From NCBI RefSeq assembly GCF_008831285.2, contig NC_045138.2:15500001-15564000 (forward strand): a stretch of DNA of 64,000 bases. The letters are read 5' to 3'. The notes under the pieces were generated by a model that did not search any database, had not been told where the DNA came from, and was given only the letters and a program-made list of their open reading frames with translations. Position numbers and translations under genes: made by a program. This DNA is from Nymphaea colorata. Its lineage: Eukaryota. Numbering within the stretch: the stretch's first letter is position 1; every line of letters begins with the position of its first letter. Shown in pieces: positions 1-13,171 of this stretch.

Positions 1-1290
1 ATGAGATCTTGCACGCCGAAAGAAATTGACCAAGAATATATTTCTAGATATTAAAACATGATTACCACAAATCCTTTTTTCCCTGGAAGCAGGTCGAGTT
101 AGATTGCAGGCGTCAAATTTGAAGGAAAATGCATAAAATCCTGTCAGATCTCTTGAAAACCTGAAAGTGGGAAGTTCTTTTCAGGGAGGACTTCCTGTTG
201 AAATTTTGAGTCTTACGATTATGCACGAGATTAACTTCGCACTAAAAAAATCATAAGAAAGAGAAGCTTATGGACATGGTGATCATGATGACAGCAGGAA
301 ATTCTAAAACTGCCTTCGCTTTTCTCCACGACCAGAAAAAAAACCCCTCAAGTTTTCTAGATATAAGAGAAATTTACAGGACATGAAGTGTACATTTTCT
401 GTGCCTTCTCTACTTCGTCGTCCCTTTTTAATAATATCACGATCTGCACAAGACTAATGGGTAACAGAGACAAAAGATTTTGGTACCATACCTTTGGGCA
501 GCAACAGAAAGTGTCGAGGCACTCATCATTGTTAACAGAGTATGTTCGTCTTGTTTCTGTATTGGCAGTAGGCTGAGTATTGCTCAGCGTCTTATGATCG
601 TTTGCGGTTTATAGTGACGGCCAAGTTAAACTCCGTGCATTTGTAGCCGTCCATTCCAACCAACTCGTCTAAGATGGTGTGACGCAAACAAATGAAGTTG
701 GTACGTCATCTTCTTCATTAATGTCAACAAATGAAATTGGTATCTCTTCTTCATTAATGTTACCGCCGGATGATTTTAATTACCAGTTAGAACTCGTGCA
801 GACGTATGGCAACACCGCTTGACAAGAACTGAAGATGGATTTCCGGAGACCCTTTTGAGCCATCGGCCGATCAAAATCCTGCACTGACTCGCTGTTGGCA
901 CAGCCTATCAGCAATCCGCAGATGAACTGAACGATTTTTCAGAAGAATATATAGAGGGATAGTCGGATCTAGGATTAACCATAAAATGTTCAACATACTC
1001 TCATTTTTGCCTGACAATTAGACATCCAAATACATTTAATGTATCATCTTTTCGGAGGAGAGCATTACATATCTGTTTTCTTTATCCTTGTGACTCAACT
1101 TACTAACTGTTTCTGGTCTACATGTTTGGGAAATAAAGAAGCATACCTTCTTCTTGAAATTGATCAGGCCCTGACCAGGAAACCATCTTTGGATTAGACA
1201 GGTGCTTTCATTTGTTTTTTTCTTTTTTGGCAAGTTGAGGTGGATTAAGATAGAAGAGTAAACTGTATGATGAAAATTCATTGAACCCGT
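1..1290. repeat. Copy 1 of a diverged local tandem duplication (may extend left of the window)
   Basis: Positions 1-~740 align colinearly with ~1877-2640; shared blocks include GCAGGCGTCAAATTTGAAGGAAAATGCAT and AGACTAATGGGTAA. Positions ~1200-1290 resemble ~3400-3470 (AGGTGGATT..ATAGAAGAGT..GAACCC). Confidence 0.8.
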
Positions 1291-1876
1291 GGTTGCACAA
1301 GGGCACGTTCAATGCCATGCATAGAGTACCATGGGACATTCCATCTCATGACCCTGACCAACAACTGGCTTAGGCCCTGCAGGCCCATTTAGCCTATATA
1401 TAATTTTTTCCTGATTACTGTATGTTTAATGCTAATAAAGCTAGCAAATTAGTTCCACCCCACTTTCAGTAGAGAACCCTAGTGTTCATGAAAATCGAAT
1501 TAGGGACATGCCCGCTTAACATGTCCCAGTCTGACCAGCTGCGCTATGTCATTTTTGGGACATTATAGTTGCATTATTACTTGATAAATAATGTTACTTA
1601 ATGTCAATGGAGTACTGTGTTTAATTGTATGAGATATTATTATTGGGGTTATTGCCAAAAAAATTAGAGGTATGTACAGCAAAAAGTGAGTGTCACTAAA
1701 GACACGTATCGCAGCATATCTATATAAGTTCGACTGTTTAGCATCTTAAAAACTTAAGTCTCTCTGTACCCATACCCCTAGCGCTTATAAAAAGCAGAGT
1801 TAATAATTTTTCATGGATCCGTGAAAGGGATTCTATGAGGATAAAAATTGACGATCTAATAAATTTTGTCGATTTT

Positions 1877-3470
1877 AAGATCTTGTACATAGAAAGAAAT
1901 TGACCCGATAATATATTTCTAGATATTGAAACATCATTATCACAATTCCACTGTGCAGAATTTGCTTTCTAAGGGCCACTGTGCCAAAATTTAGCACAAA
2001 TGAACCGCACATATCCTTGCTTCCACGAAAGCAAGACAAGTTATTTTGCAGGCGTCAAATTTGAAGGAAAATGCATGAGATCCTGTAAGATCTCTTGAGA
2101 ACCTGACAATAGGCAGTTGTTTTTAGGGAGCACTTCCTGTTGAAATTTTCAGTCACACAATTATGCACGAGATTACCTTCACACTACAAAAACCATAAGA
2201 AAAGCAAAGCTTATGGTGATCATAATCACAGTAGGAAATTCTAAAACTGCCTTCTCTTTTCTCCAGGACAGAAAAGCCGTCAAGTTTTCTAGATATACCA
2301 GAAATTTACAGGGCATGAGGTGTCCATTTTCCGTGTCTTCTCTGCCTCGTCGTCTCTTTTGACATCAACATCAAGACAAGACTAATGGGTAAAAGAAACA
2401 AAAGATCTTGGATACCATACCTTTGTGCAGCAACAGAAAATCTTGAGGTACTCATCATCGTTAATAGAGTATCTTCTTCGTGTTTCTCTATTGGCAGTGG
2501 GCAGATTGCTCACTGTCTTATGATTCCTTGCGCTTTATAGTGATGGCCAAGTTTACCGCCGACCATTCCAACCAACTACTCCTTAGATGGTGTAACTTAA
2601 AAAATGAAGTTGGTATGTCATCTTCCTCAATAATATCAGTGGTATCATTTTAATATAGTAGATGTTACCCACAATATATATGTAGAGATAGAGGGACCCT
2701 CTTGATTGAACACATGTAGGCAACTGCTCACGTCCACATTGTTTTTTTAAGTTTTGGATATAAAATGGAAGCCGACTTTTACCACATTAATTAGTCGCAG
2801 TTGGGGGGCGATCCGCAATTTAATCCAATAAGGTTGTGGTCTGTTTGGGTGCTTGGTACAGTCTTAGCGTTCACAAGCTTGCCCAACAGTGCCCTGGGCC
2901 TACATATGTCTGCTTTGGCTTATGCAAAGGGTTAATGCCAACTACAATTCAACCAGTGACCGGCCTCTTATCAGCCACTGATCAAGCCAGCGATGCCAAA
3001 CTTGTTGGATTGACATGCAAAATTTCAATGGAATGACTCATTTGCAGAAGTTCTGCTTTACCAAGGCCCCAGTGTGTTCACGACAGAAGACGGATCAGCA
3101 GTAACATCTTACACTTGTTTGCGCGATTGTCATGGATTTTTATGTTTCTTAACTTTAGCTTACTTATAATACATATTAAAAAGTTTTTTTTTTCTTGAGC
3201 CTTTAAGAACTAGAAATGAAAAGAAATCATGAACAATACGTTCGTAAATATTTACCAGAGAAAAGCAGTTTGTGAGTGTGGATGGTACTCATACGTGTGG
3301 AAGTATACATGTACTAGCAGTAGTTTTTCCTTCGCATGCACAAGACCTGACAACTTATCCTTGGTTTTGAGGTGAAAATAGTCTGTTTGATGCCGCAACA
3401 GGTCTTCTCATTAATTTTTAAGGTGGATTGACATAGAAGAGTCAAAAGGTGAAAAATTTAGAACCCATAT
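1877..3470. repeat. Copy 2 of the diverged local tandem duplication
   Basis: Colinear similarity to 1-740 and 1200-1290, with substitutions and indels, including an insertion around 1945-2010. Confidence 0.75.
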
Positions 3471-4889
3471 TGGCTCTTGCTGGGGCGGTGGGATTAATCC
3501 TTCTGCTCGCTCGAATTATATATTTCAATTTTTACTGCATCATTACTTGGTAACCCAAGTAACAATATGATGTCGAATGGAAATCAAGCACTTGAGTAAG
3601 GTATTTAATGTGGATTAAGGGATACGATCTTGAGTATCCTAATCTCTTTCTCTATCTTCTTTGAACATAGGATGACTTCGAAGGATAACTTCCGCTTTCA
3701 ACTAGCCCCCTCTCTCTCTTCTCCTCCTCTTGCTTTTGTTTTTGTTCTAGATTCTGTTCTTCATGTTTTTTGCTCTTGTTTTATTTGCTTCTGTACATTG
3801 ATGGCGTCCTGTCACCACATCTTGTTTTCATTGAATTCCCATTTTGTTGGCTCTCTCTCGCTTTCTTTCTCTACTGTTGTCACTTGTAAGGCATGTGAAC
3901 AGAAAGCATGTGTACTGCTTATTCTACAAGTATAAAGAAAATTAAAAAAATTAAGATTTTGAAAAAATATGAATAATCAGACATGTGATGCATATGGACA
4001 GCATACTTTCTAAGTTCTCTCTCTCTTGTAGTACTTTAGCACTTGCGATCATATTTTGTTAATTAATTGACATTTCCATTTTGTCAGCTTTCTCTCTGAT
4101 CCTATTTTGTGAATTAATTGATGTTTCCATTTTGTCCTCTCCCTTGGGCCCAGCTGTCTTTTTTTTTTCCTTCTAGTTTTCTACTGATTGTGCATGCTCC
4201 TTATCACCCATTGTCTAATTTTTCTTTTTTGTTTTGAGTTTTCATCTAACGTCATTGAGCTCTCTCTCTCCCTCTCTCTCCATATATATAGAGATCAGCA
4301 CAACTAGTTAGGCCTCCTAATAATAATTTACTTGAGATAATGTTCTCTTCTGTCTCTTTGGTTCTATCTTACCGTTTTTCTCAATGTTGCTCTCACCTTG
4401 CTTCTAGTACTCCAGCAGAATCCCGATATTGAATTTATAATCATCAGGGACTAGATTGATGTCATCCTGAGTATGAAGAGATGGCGACTCATGAGAGAAC
4501 GCAGACAGATAAATAATGCGAAAGGCCTGAACTTTCAATAATTGCACTAAAGTAATTTTAATCAACCTATGAAATATCCTTTGATAAACACCACTCATAT
4601 AAGATGGTAAGGCGCTAAAAAGCTAAAATCTGCAGATTATATCCACCGCTGCATATACTCCAAGCTAGATACCTCAACCGCCAACAACAAACACACGTTA
4701 GCGTTGGCAATCATACCTAGCAACCGTTCGCTTCTTTGTACATAGTGGACTTTTTCTACATGCGGTAACTAACAGTACAATTAAGAAAGACCTCCGAATT
4801 TACATATTCTTGGACAGATGCCTTCAATTACAACTTCCAGTCAGCTTCCTCTGGTTCTGGAGTTCTGCACATTGCTTTCCGCTTAATTG

Positions 4890-7800
4890 TCATTTGCATG
4901 TTAAGCTTCTTCCTGCACTAATGTATAACATCAGAAAAGAGCAGAACACTGCACACATGCTTACGATTGCCCAAAAAATCAAACGGTTACACGTCCAGCT
5001 TGATCGACGGCGTGGTTGCACTAACTTTCTCGCCCTAATTTCATGCCTAGTTTGTTCAAAGCGGTGTTCAGCGTTCCTCTGCCATTCTTCATGGTGCAGT
5101 TCTTCTGATTCATGCTTCTGCAACCGGATCCTCCTTACTGCTGTCCCTTGGAATGGAAGTGTTTGTGGTGCGTCTATGTCCCTTGGGTCCCAGAACTGCA
5201 GATCAATACCAGTCTCACTGTTTTGCCTAGGTACATTGACAGAGTCTAGTGGGAAGTACTCATCCAAATTGACTATGTCACCACCTCTTATGATATCAGC
5301 AAAGCAGTCATCTGAAAGCGATCCCGCTTGACCAGTTCGGGAGTTGGCATCGGGCCAGCTAAAGCTGGACTCCCCTCGAGTACATGATAGGGAGCTTATG
5401 TCTGTACCATCATCATTTCGAGAGTCTAACAACTCAGGAATAGCATCAATCTCAATCTGGAAGATAAAAGAGAAAGAATATATGCCACTAATAGTGAGTG
5501 AACTCTTAGAAGGTGACATCACCAGATTTGACAACTGAGCTAGTATACTCAATGCAAACTCATGATTATTTGTAGATGAAAATAAAATTAGAATCATAAA
5601 ACAGACAATATAAACAGAGAAAATAACTAGATGTGCCCACTGCTTGTACCCTGTTCTCAATGGCGACCGATGCAGATGCAATGGGAAAATAAAACCATTA
5701 ACTGAAATACTGTTCAAGAAGATAGTGTAACAGAAAATAACTTATTTACTATTGCAGAAACTTAAAAAAAATTGATCCCTGATTTTCGTTTTCATAAGTT
5801 TGGCTTTCTAGTAAGGTCAAAGTATCACAACTATTGTATTCAGAGTAACAACTTATTGGGGGTTAAAGATAAAATTTTTCACTAAAAAGGAAAAACTTGA
5901 GCTTTATAGCCTGTTCAAAAGAGAAGATGGAAAGCCTGTTGCACCGACCCTGGACAAGTTCAAGCAAACAACAGTTACTACTCAAATCTACCATACACTC
6001 ATTAAACCCAGAAAACGTATACATTAGTTCATTTAAATATTTTATAGCTTAAATTCTGTCCTGTTAGCATTTTACAATGTTTTAGCAGAATTCCATTCAT
6101 ATTTTTCAAAGAACGTGTATACTGATAAAGAAAGTGACCATAGGCATGTTTCTTGAACCCAGACAATCCAGAAAACTATGCCTTATCACCCACCGATGAG
6201 GAAACAAAGGTGAACTTTTTTCCCTCCACTAATACCAGACATGCAAAGCTATGTTCTGCTATGAGAAACTAGATTTATATATTCCTACATTATAGGCATG
6301 ATTTACTGTATTTTGGCTGAAAATTAAAATCCATACTAACAATATTTAAGACAGGCTGAGAAACCAAACCTTGGATTCACCTTCAGGTTTCAATTGTGCA
6401 TGAGATGACTCTCCAGAATGTTGTGATTGAACTGAAGGTGCCGTGGCATCTAACCATACAAAGAATGACAAATCTACGTCGGACTTGTTCAACTTTGGGT
6501 TAAGACTCTGGTCCTGTTTGTCTTTTTCTTCAGTTGCCTTCCCAGCTTTGCTGTTACATGCACCTTCTTGGGACGACATCCTAGCATCGACATGGTCCAA
6601 GTCGACCTTGTTTGCTCGCTTATGACCTTTATGTTCTTTTCGTCCATCAGTGCCATCTTTTTGTCGAAGTCGACAAAGAACAAAACTGTCCTGCTCAAAA
6701 CAAAGATTAAAATGATATTAGCTTCCAAAGTCGAAGACTTAGTTGCTCTAATTCTACAGAAGAAATTATGAATAAAACTTCAACGCTTGACACATACGTC
6801 CATCTGAGAACCTCAAAACTAAATGAAGCTTCACTGAGAGCCCTATGATGATTCGATTCCAGTCACACATAAAACATTAAAATGTGATGATTTCACAGCA
6901 TATGAGATCTAAGATACTTGGTCACCCTCATCAAGCATGTCAAGTCGGACATGCTCTTACTTAAGAAACTATATTTCTGGTTTTTGCTTTTGGAACAGTA
7001 CATTGATGCAGCACATATGACTGCTTAGGTATCCACCCATCTTTTTTATACTCACATGTAAAATCCAGCAATAGAATGAGGATGGAGATGTAAAAGTTCT
7101 GGGAGCCAACAGTAAAGGAATTGCTGCGGAAGCACATTCAAATACGCAGCAGAGTGTCCCCTTTATGATGCACACATTTTTCTTCAAGGCATAAGCACCA
7201 GTGAATAATAACACATCCTCCACCAACAGAACTTCAACTTTACTACACCTCCCATGAATGTACGCTCATTACCTCGTAAATTTTTGGACAAAAATTTGTC
7301 GTAGAAAGCATTTCTCAAATGATTTGACAAGCAAGCAGAAAAAACAAGAGAGAGATCAGAAAGAACCCCAAAGAAAGAGTACCGATTAGGTCACACAGTC
7401 CGTAACTTGTCATCTTTTTCTTTCTCTGATGCTGAGGGCTCCTCTCATCAAGGAAAAGGTCCATATGAGCCCCGATCACAATGTCCTATGAGGAGAACAC
7501 CATGGAAAAGCTCATGCAGCAGAATGATAGGATTCAGACTTGACCCAAGGTCTTTAACTTGACACTCTCGACATCTCCCTCTTTACCACAATATCATCAA
7601 TATATACAAACAAGTCCGACAAGGGCTTACATTGTGGCGTCTGATAAAAGACCAGGTAACCTTGTCTCAATTCGCAGCGAAAGCCTCATATAAGGTAATG
7701 TTCCAAAATTACAGAGGAGAATTAGAGGCCACTAACAATGCTAAATTATCAAGTATCCACAAGCCTATGAAATTACCTGCACTCCAGAACTGTTGTTTTC

Positions 7801-9193
7801 CGCGGTTCTGTATTCATGCATCACCCAGTTCGTTCGTTCTCCCTTGGGTGCACGCCCCCTATGGAACACCAACGTCCTTTTCATGCCTATCAGATTGATT
7901 CCTGACTTGACCTTGCGATCCTTTCCAGTGGCTTTCCAGTATCCTGCTTCTGTGGCGCGATTGGTACGTGACCCTTTCGGATACTTCTTCCCTCGAGGTG
8001 AAAAGAAAAACCACTCAAGATCCGTGGTTGGAATGATCGATTTAGCTGCAAAATCACAAGAAATGAAGATAAGATGACGATGGTAAGGTCGCAAGGAAAC
8101 AATCAAGAATCAGAACCACAGTACCAAATCGCCGGAGGAGCCAGTTCAGTCATATGCCAAAACACCAATTCTTGGTGTTGGTGTTTCACCATGATGTGAC
8201 CATCTGCAACCTCCTCCCATTGTCCTAAGAAGATAGGCCCACGTTGGAGCCCGCATAAAATTCCACCATGGACAACCAAATAACATCCATTGATATCTTG
8301 CAAAGATTGGTCAAGAAATTGAAGCACAAAAATCAAGGACACATTATTTTGTCCACTCTTGGTGATCGGAAGATGGCACGGTTGTCACTGTCTGTGCAAT
8401 GGTCAATTTTAATGTCAACGCAAACACGTCCAGACCATATTCCGCCATAACCGTAATCCAAGTTCATAGAAGATGGACTGTCCACCAATTGGGCTTATAG
8501 GTTACTTAAAACCCTACTTGATTACGCCAAGAAACGTTTCTCAGACCTGTCACCTTCTTCCATTGCCATTTATCGGTTCAATTTCTAGTCCATAGGTTTT
8601 TCTAACCTAAAAAGTAATAAATGGCTCTTGTAAATCATTATCGAATCAATTATACTCAAACTAAATCTCTCTCTTTCTCTCTCCCTCTCTGCACCTTACT
8701 AGTGCCTACGAGAATTACGGCGGACGAAGACATAAAAACTAATGTTCCAATGAAAGTTAATGAAAAAGAAAAGATTATACATCCGTTCTTAACCCGCTAA
8801 GAACGAGTAAGTTATAATAACGACATCGACAATTATTCCAGGAATCTCACAGAAGATTCAGCACTCTCTTTCACACTCCTCCAAGCCACATAGTAAAGGG
8901 AGAGTAAGAAGAGCACAAAAAGAAGACACAAGAGAGACGGTGAAGAGTTTTTTTTTCCTTTTTTGCGGTCAAAGCTCTTGCTCATGAACTGATTTCACCA
9001 AATCAAGTAAGAAAACGAAGATGAAGAAGAACATACCAGGGAGATCCCAGGGCTCGCACTTGCAGATATCAATCTCAGGGATGACACAAACCCTGCCATC
9101 CGAGCCGTCGATCTTGTGCTTGAGGTAGAAAGACACCAGCTCCTCGTCCGTCGGATGGAACCTGAAGCCAGGAAGGAAGCACACGGATTCCAT
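4890..9193 (-). CDS. Membrane-bound NAC transcription factor (NTL, TIP/NTL6/NTL9-like), ~437 aa, 4 exons
   Basis: Exons 9193-9037, 8045-7777, 6690-6370 and 5456-4890 have GT-AG borders and join in phase. NAC motifs present: [58 protein letters not shown]. The last exon has [10 protein letters not shown] (cf. GTAPRRIRLQ of TIP-clade NTLs) and a C-terminal hydrophobic helix [21 protein letters not shown]. Confidence 0.92.
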
Positions 9194-11088
9194 GGATTCC
9201 CCACCAAAAAAAGAAAAATCTTCTCTCCCCACTACACACACTCTCTCTCCCCCTCTCTCCCTCTCTTCTGAGATTCCTTCTTCAGGGCAACCTCCACTAT
9301 CTGCCTCCGACCTCTTTTTCGCTTTACCATCCTTACGTGTCCTCTGCACTAAAAGCCCTCTAAAGCAGGCGACATGTGCATGCATGCACATGAAGCGAAA
9401 AAGATGACCTTGTTGGCTTTGCTTTTGCTGCCTCCCGTCCCAGCTTCAAGACGGCCAAGTCTTTCGGCAGAGTAAATCCGCAAATTATTAGTTCAGAAAA
9501 TTACTTACAAGTAATTTTATGTATTTATGTAAAAGATTTTGATAAGTTGGAGAACTGCCCATTACTGCTAATTTATTATATAAAAGCTTTTAAATTCAAC
9601 TTACCAAGTTTTATATTGTTGCAGAGAGATGAGTGTAAGTGCAATATTCACAGTGGTGGGGAAGTCCAGAACTAATTTCTGCTAAAAAAAAAGATAAACC
9701 AAGTCCTCATAGTATTTCATATATGAAAGTTTATTTCAAGTTTATGAAATTAAAATTTTAATTTTAAATATTTTAGCTTGATTTAGAAAATTAAGGGTGT
9801 GAAGCGTGAAACAAACACTAGCTGGCTACCAGTCCAGTCCTATCTATTGCGCCAACCCCAACAATGTTGTTTTGAGTGACATCAGCATCCACCATCAACA
9901 ACACAAGGCGGGTGCTTTTTTCCTACACCTTTTTCTGCCTTATAAAGTTGGTGGGGACTTGGGGTCTAATTGAGGAAAGCTAAATAATTCGCCACAGTAA
10001 AGCACTATTGTGAACGTTAGTCCCTTGCCTACTCAATACAGAGCCGTAATAAGTTTATATATATATTTTTTACGCCGATATTACATATCATCTCGTATTG
10101 CCTTATTTGTTTGGATTATATATATTTGCTATGAACCGCCGAACTGGTTGCCATTAAAAAGGTAAACTTATAGATCACTTTTTCTTTTTTTTGTTTTTTT
10201 TAGCAAAATGCTTTCAAAATGTCCAAATGTGGTATTGAATAAAATTTTTCTTTCGAATTTTTAGTACGTTTTCAACTATTTCATGTGTAAAACTTCTAAA
10301 CACGATGTATACGATCTGCTTAGGAAGCAACAGTACTTGAATCTTTTTCGATGAAAAAAATCTCGAATCTTTTGATTCTAAAACAACAATCTAGTTTCTA
10401 AGCGCTTCACACTACGGACAAAAAAGGGCAGACGAAGTGAGACCACATAGACATTTGCTAACTTGAGCTGATTTGCTTTTAGCGTACCACCGAATCAGAG
10501 CTAATTTTTATGGTAGAGGTCTGAGGCTCCTACTTCTGCCCCTGAACTTCAATTTCAATCTTAACCTTCATTATTAATCTGATCTTCCTCTTAAAAGTTC
10601 AGGAAATGCAAATGTCACAATTGAAAATAGAACCAGGGCCCACATGATATTTATCTTGTTTGAATTAAAAAAGCTTGAAAGCAACATCTTGTACATCAAT
10701 CATTCAACTCAACTTTGTCTTGCCTAATTTGAACCCAAAAAATTGTGATCTTGAGAAAAATTTATCCAAACATCTATTTTCAAATGATGATGTATTCAGG
10801 ATAAATATCAGCCAAAGGACGGATATCTATCAAGATTGTGGAATGAGATCCATCCACTGTGAAGAAATGGCACCCCAAAGCCAATCAAATCAGGAACTCA
10901 AGCTTGAACGGAACCTGCTGATGGTACCGCCATCAGCTAATTCTCCGAATTGGACTATAAGCTTCAGAGAATTGCAAGAGAGCTAGATTCTTTGTATAAT
11001 TTGGGTCTCGGACTATCAGTCAGTATTTCCCCATGAATTTTTTTTATGAACACAAAATCTTGCTAGGTAGATACCGTGTAACCACTAC

Positions 11089-11131
11089 ACGTTCAGGTTG
11101 GATAATAACTACGTTCAGGTTGGATAATAAC
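11089..11131. repeat. Exact 21-bp direct repeat (ACGTTCAGGTTGGATAATAAC x2)
   Basis: Copies at 11089-11109 and 11111-11131. Confidence 0.9.
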
Positions 11132-11542
11132 GGGTCTGAAGAAAATTTTCTTGAATTTTGCTAGTAATACATTACGGCCTGATCATTGCACATCTGGGCT
11201 GTGCTCTGTGTGGAGGTAGGAGGAGATGACGGACAAATCAGCACACACCTTAATGCCAGAGAATAACATCACAGAGCTCCATTTTCAGTTCTTCACAAGC
11301 TACTTAGTTCTGCTCATCGCTGCATATAGCTTTGAATTTCACCTTTAATACTTGATTTTCAACCAAACCAGATCACTGAAGCATGAGCAACTGCTGCAGC
11401 AGTGTTAACTAAGGCTGCTTTTGAAGTAGATAACCTGACTGCACATGTGCTCATCAAAAATCACAGAAGCCATCTGTTGGTCAAGATAACACCATCAGGT
11501 CGTAATAAGCAGAATTTGCTTAAATCAATCATATGCAATTAT

Positions 11543-13171
11543 CTAAATCCAACTTCGTCCAGGTATCTTCTTCACACCCTTTTCTCTCATCAAGGTCCTT
11601 AAGTCTGAAACGTCCGACCACCTATTTGCAGCAGCATAAATGTTTGATAACAAAATATAGTTCCCTGCGTTGTTTGGCTCAATACTGAAAAGGCGTCTTG
11701 CAACAATCTCTCCCAATTCAATGTCACACTGAACTCTGCAAGCACCCAACAATGAGCCCCAGGCACCGGCATGCAGCTCTACAGGCATGATCTTTATCAG
11801 TTCATATGCATCCTTTAAGCGACCGCCTCTGCAAAGAAGATCAACCATGCATGCATAGTGGTCTGCAGATGGAGTTACATTGTAATCCTTAATCATACAC
11901 TCAAAATAGTGACAACCTTCATTGAACAACCCGGCATGGCTACATGCTGTAAGTACTATGGTGAAAGCAGCAGCGTCTGGCACGATGCCCACCTTCAGCA
12001 TCTGAGAGAACAGTTCCACAGCTTCCTTTCCCTGGCCGTGCAAAGACAACCCCAGCATCAATGCAGAATATGATACCAAATTTTTCCGAGGAATCTTATC
12101 AAACAACTGTAATGCTCTGTCCATGTTCCCACACTTGGCATGCATATCCACAAGACCAGCCATCACTTGAGCCCTCAGATCCATACCACCCTGAACAATG
12201 TAACTGTCAATCCATCTGGCCAAATCCAACCTACCCAACTGAGCACATGCGGACATCAGACTCACCATCACAAACTCGTCAGGTTTTATGTTTTTAGACT
12301 GCAAGAGAAAGAAGATTTCAAGAGCCTCATTGGGCTGTCCATTCTGGACATAACCAGAGATTAAAGCAGACCAGGAGACCAAATCCTTCTTCCCCAGCTG
12401 ATCAAACAAAGACCTCGCACACACCATATCACCGTTCTTAGAATAGCCGTCTATCATTGTTGTAAATGATATTACGTTCCTGGCAGGCATTTCGTCAAAT
12501 AACCGACGTGCCACACCCATTTCGCCAATCTTAGCGTAACCAGCTATCATTGCATTCCATGTCACAAGATTTCTCCTCGGCATTTGATCAAACAATTCTC
12601 TTGCCGTCCGCATATCACCACAAGCAGCATAACCCACTATTATGGCGGTCAAGGAAACTACATTTCTATCAGGCATTCGATCGAACAGATGGCGCGCAGA
12701 TTCGATCTCCCCACATTTCCCGTAAAAGTCGATCAACCCAGTTCCAACAAAAACACATACCTCACAACCCACTTTCACAATCACACAATGAATCCCCTGT
12801 CCACTTCTCAAAGCCAATTCGTTAGCACACGATTTCAGGATCGACGGGAAGGTGTAGTCGTCAGGACGAACATTACTCAACTGCATTTCTCTAAAGAGCA
12901 AGATGGTATCACCAAGAGAACAATTCTCACAGTACCCTTTGATCATACTGTTCCATAGATATATATTCGGTTGAGAAACCGCATCGAAGACACCCTTTGC
13001 GTAATTAACCCTTCGAAGGACGGAGCAGACACCCAGAAATTTCGTTATCAGGACGTTATCTTGGTGCAGGCCATTCTTGAGGATGGTGGCGTGGCAGTGC
13101 TCCAATGTTCTAACGTTTGAGCAGCTCTTGAGAAGGGCAGAAACCGAAGGATGCCGAGGGATGAGGACCAT
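11543..13171 (-). CDS. PCMP-E37: Pentatricopeptide repeat protein, PLS-E subclass without DYW (organellar RNA-editing factor type), At5g37570-like, 542 aa
   Basis: Single intronless ORF with tandem PPR motifs (RPDDYTFPSILKSC, YGKCGEIESARHLFDRM, DLVSWSALISGYVQNG, HYACMVDLLCRGG) and an E domain (WGSLLGACR..YILLSNIYAA..KKIPGRSWI stop). Colinear with my recollection of At5g37570. Confidence 0.93.
   Translation of the reverse strand: MVLIPRHPSVSALLKSCSNVRTLEHCHATILKNGLHQDNVLITKFLGVCSVLRRVNYAKGVFDAVSQPNIYLWNSMIKGYCENCSLGDTILLFREMQLSNVRPDDYTFPSILKSCANELALRSGQGIHCVIVKVGCEVCVFVGTGLIDFYGKCGEIESARHLFDRMPDRNVVSLTAIIVGYAACGDMRTARELFDQMPRRNLVTWNAMIAGYAKIGEMGVARRLFDEMPARNVISFTTMIDGYSKNGDMVCARSLFDQLGKKDLVSWSALISGYVQNGQPNEALEIFFLLQSKNIKPDEFVMVSLMSACAQLGRLDLARWIDSYIVQGGMDLRAQVMAGLVDMHAKCGNMDRALQLFDKIPRKNLVSYSALMLGLSLHGQGKEAVELFSQMLKVGIVPDAAAFTIVLTACSHAGLFNEGCHYFECMIKDYNVTPSADHYACMVDLLCRGGRLKDAYELIKIMPVELHAGAWGSLLGACRVQCDIELGEIVARRLFSIEPNNAGNYILLSNIYAAANRWSDVSDLRTLMREKGVKKIPGRSWI

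Noticed and set aside
5457..5717. Hydrophobic N-terminal part of the 275-aa ORF 4890-5717 as a separate membrane protein
   Set aside because: It is stop-free intron sequence. A strong acceptor (TTCTTTCTCTTTTATCTTCCAG) at 5457 joins in phase with NAC exon 3.
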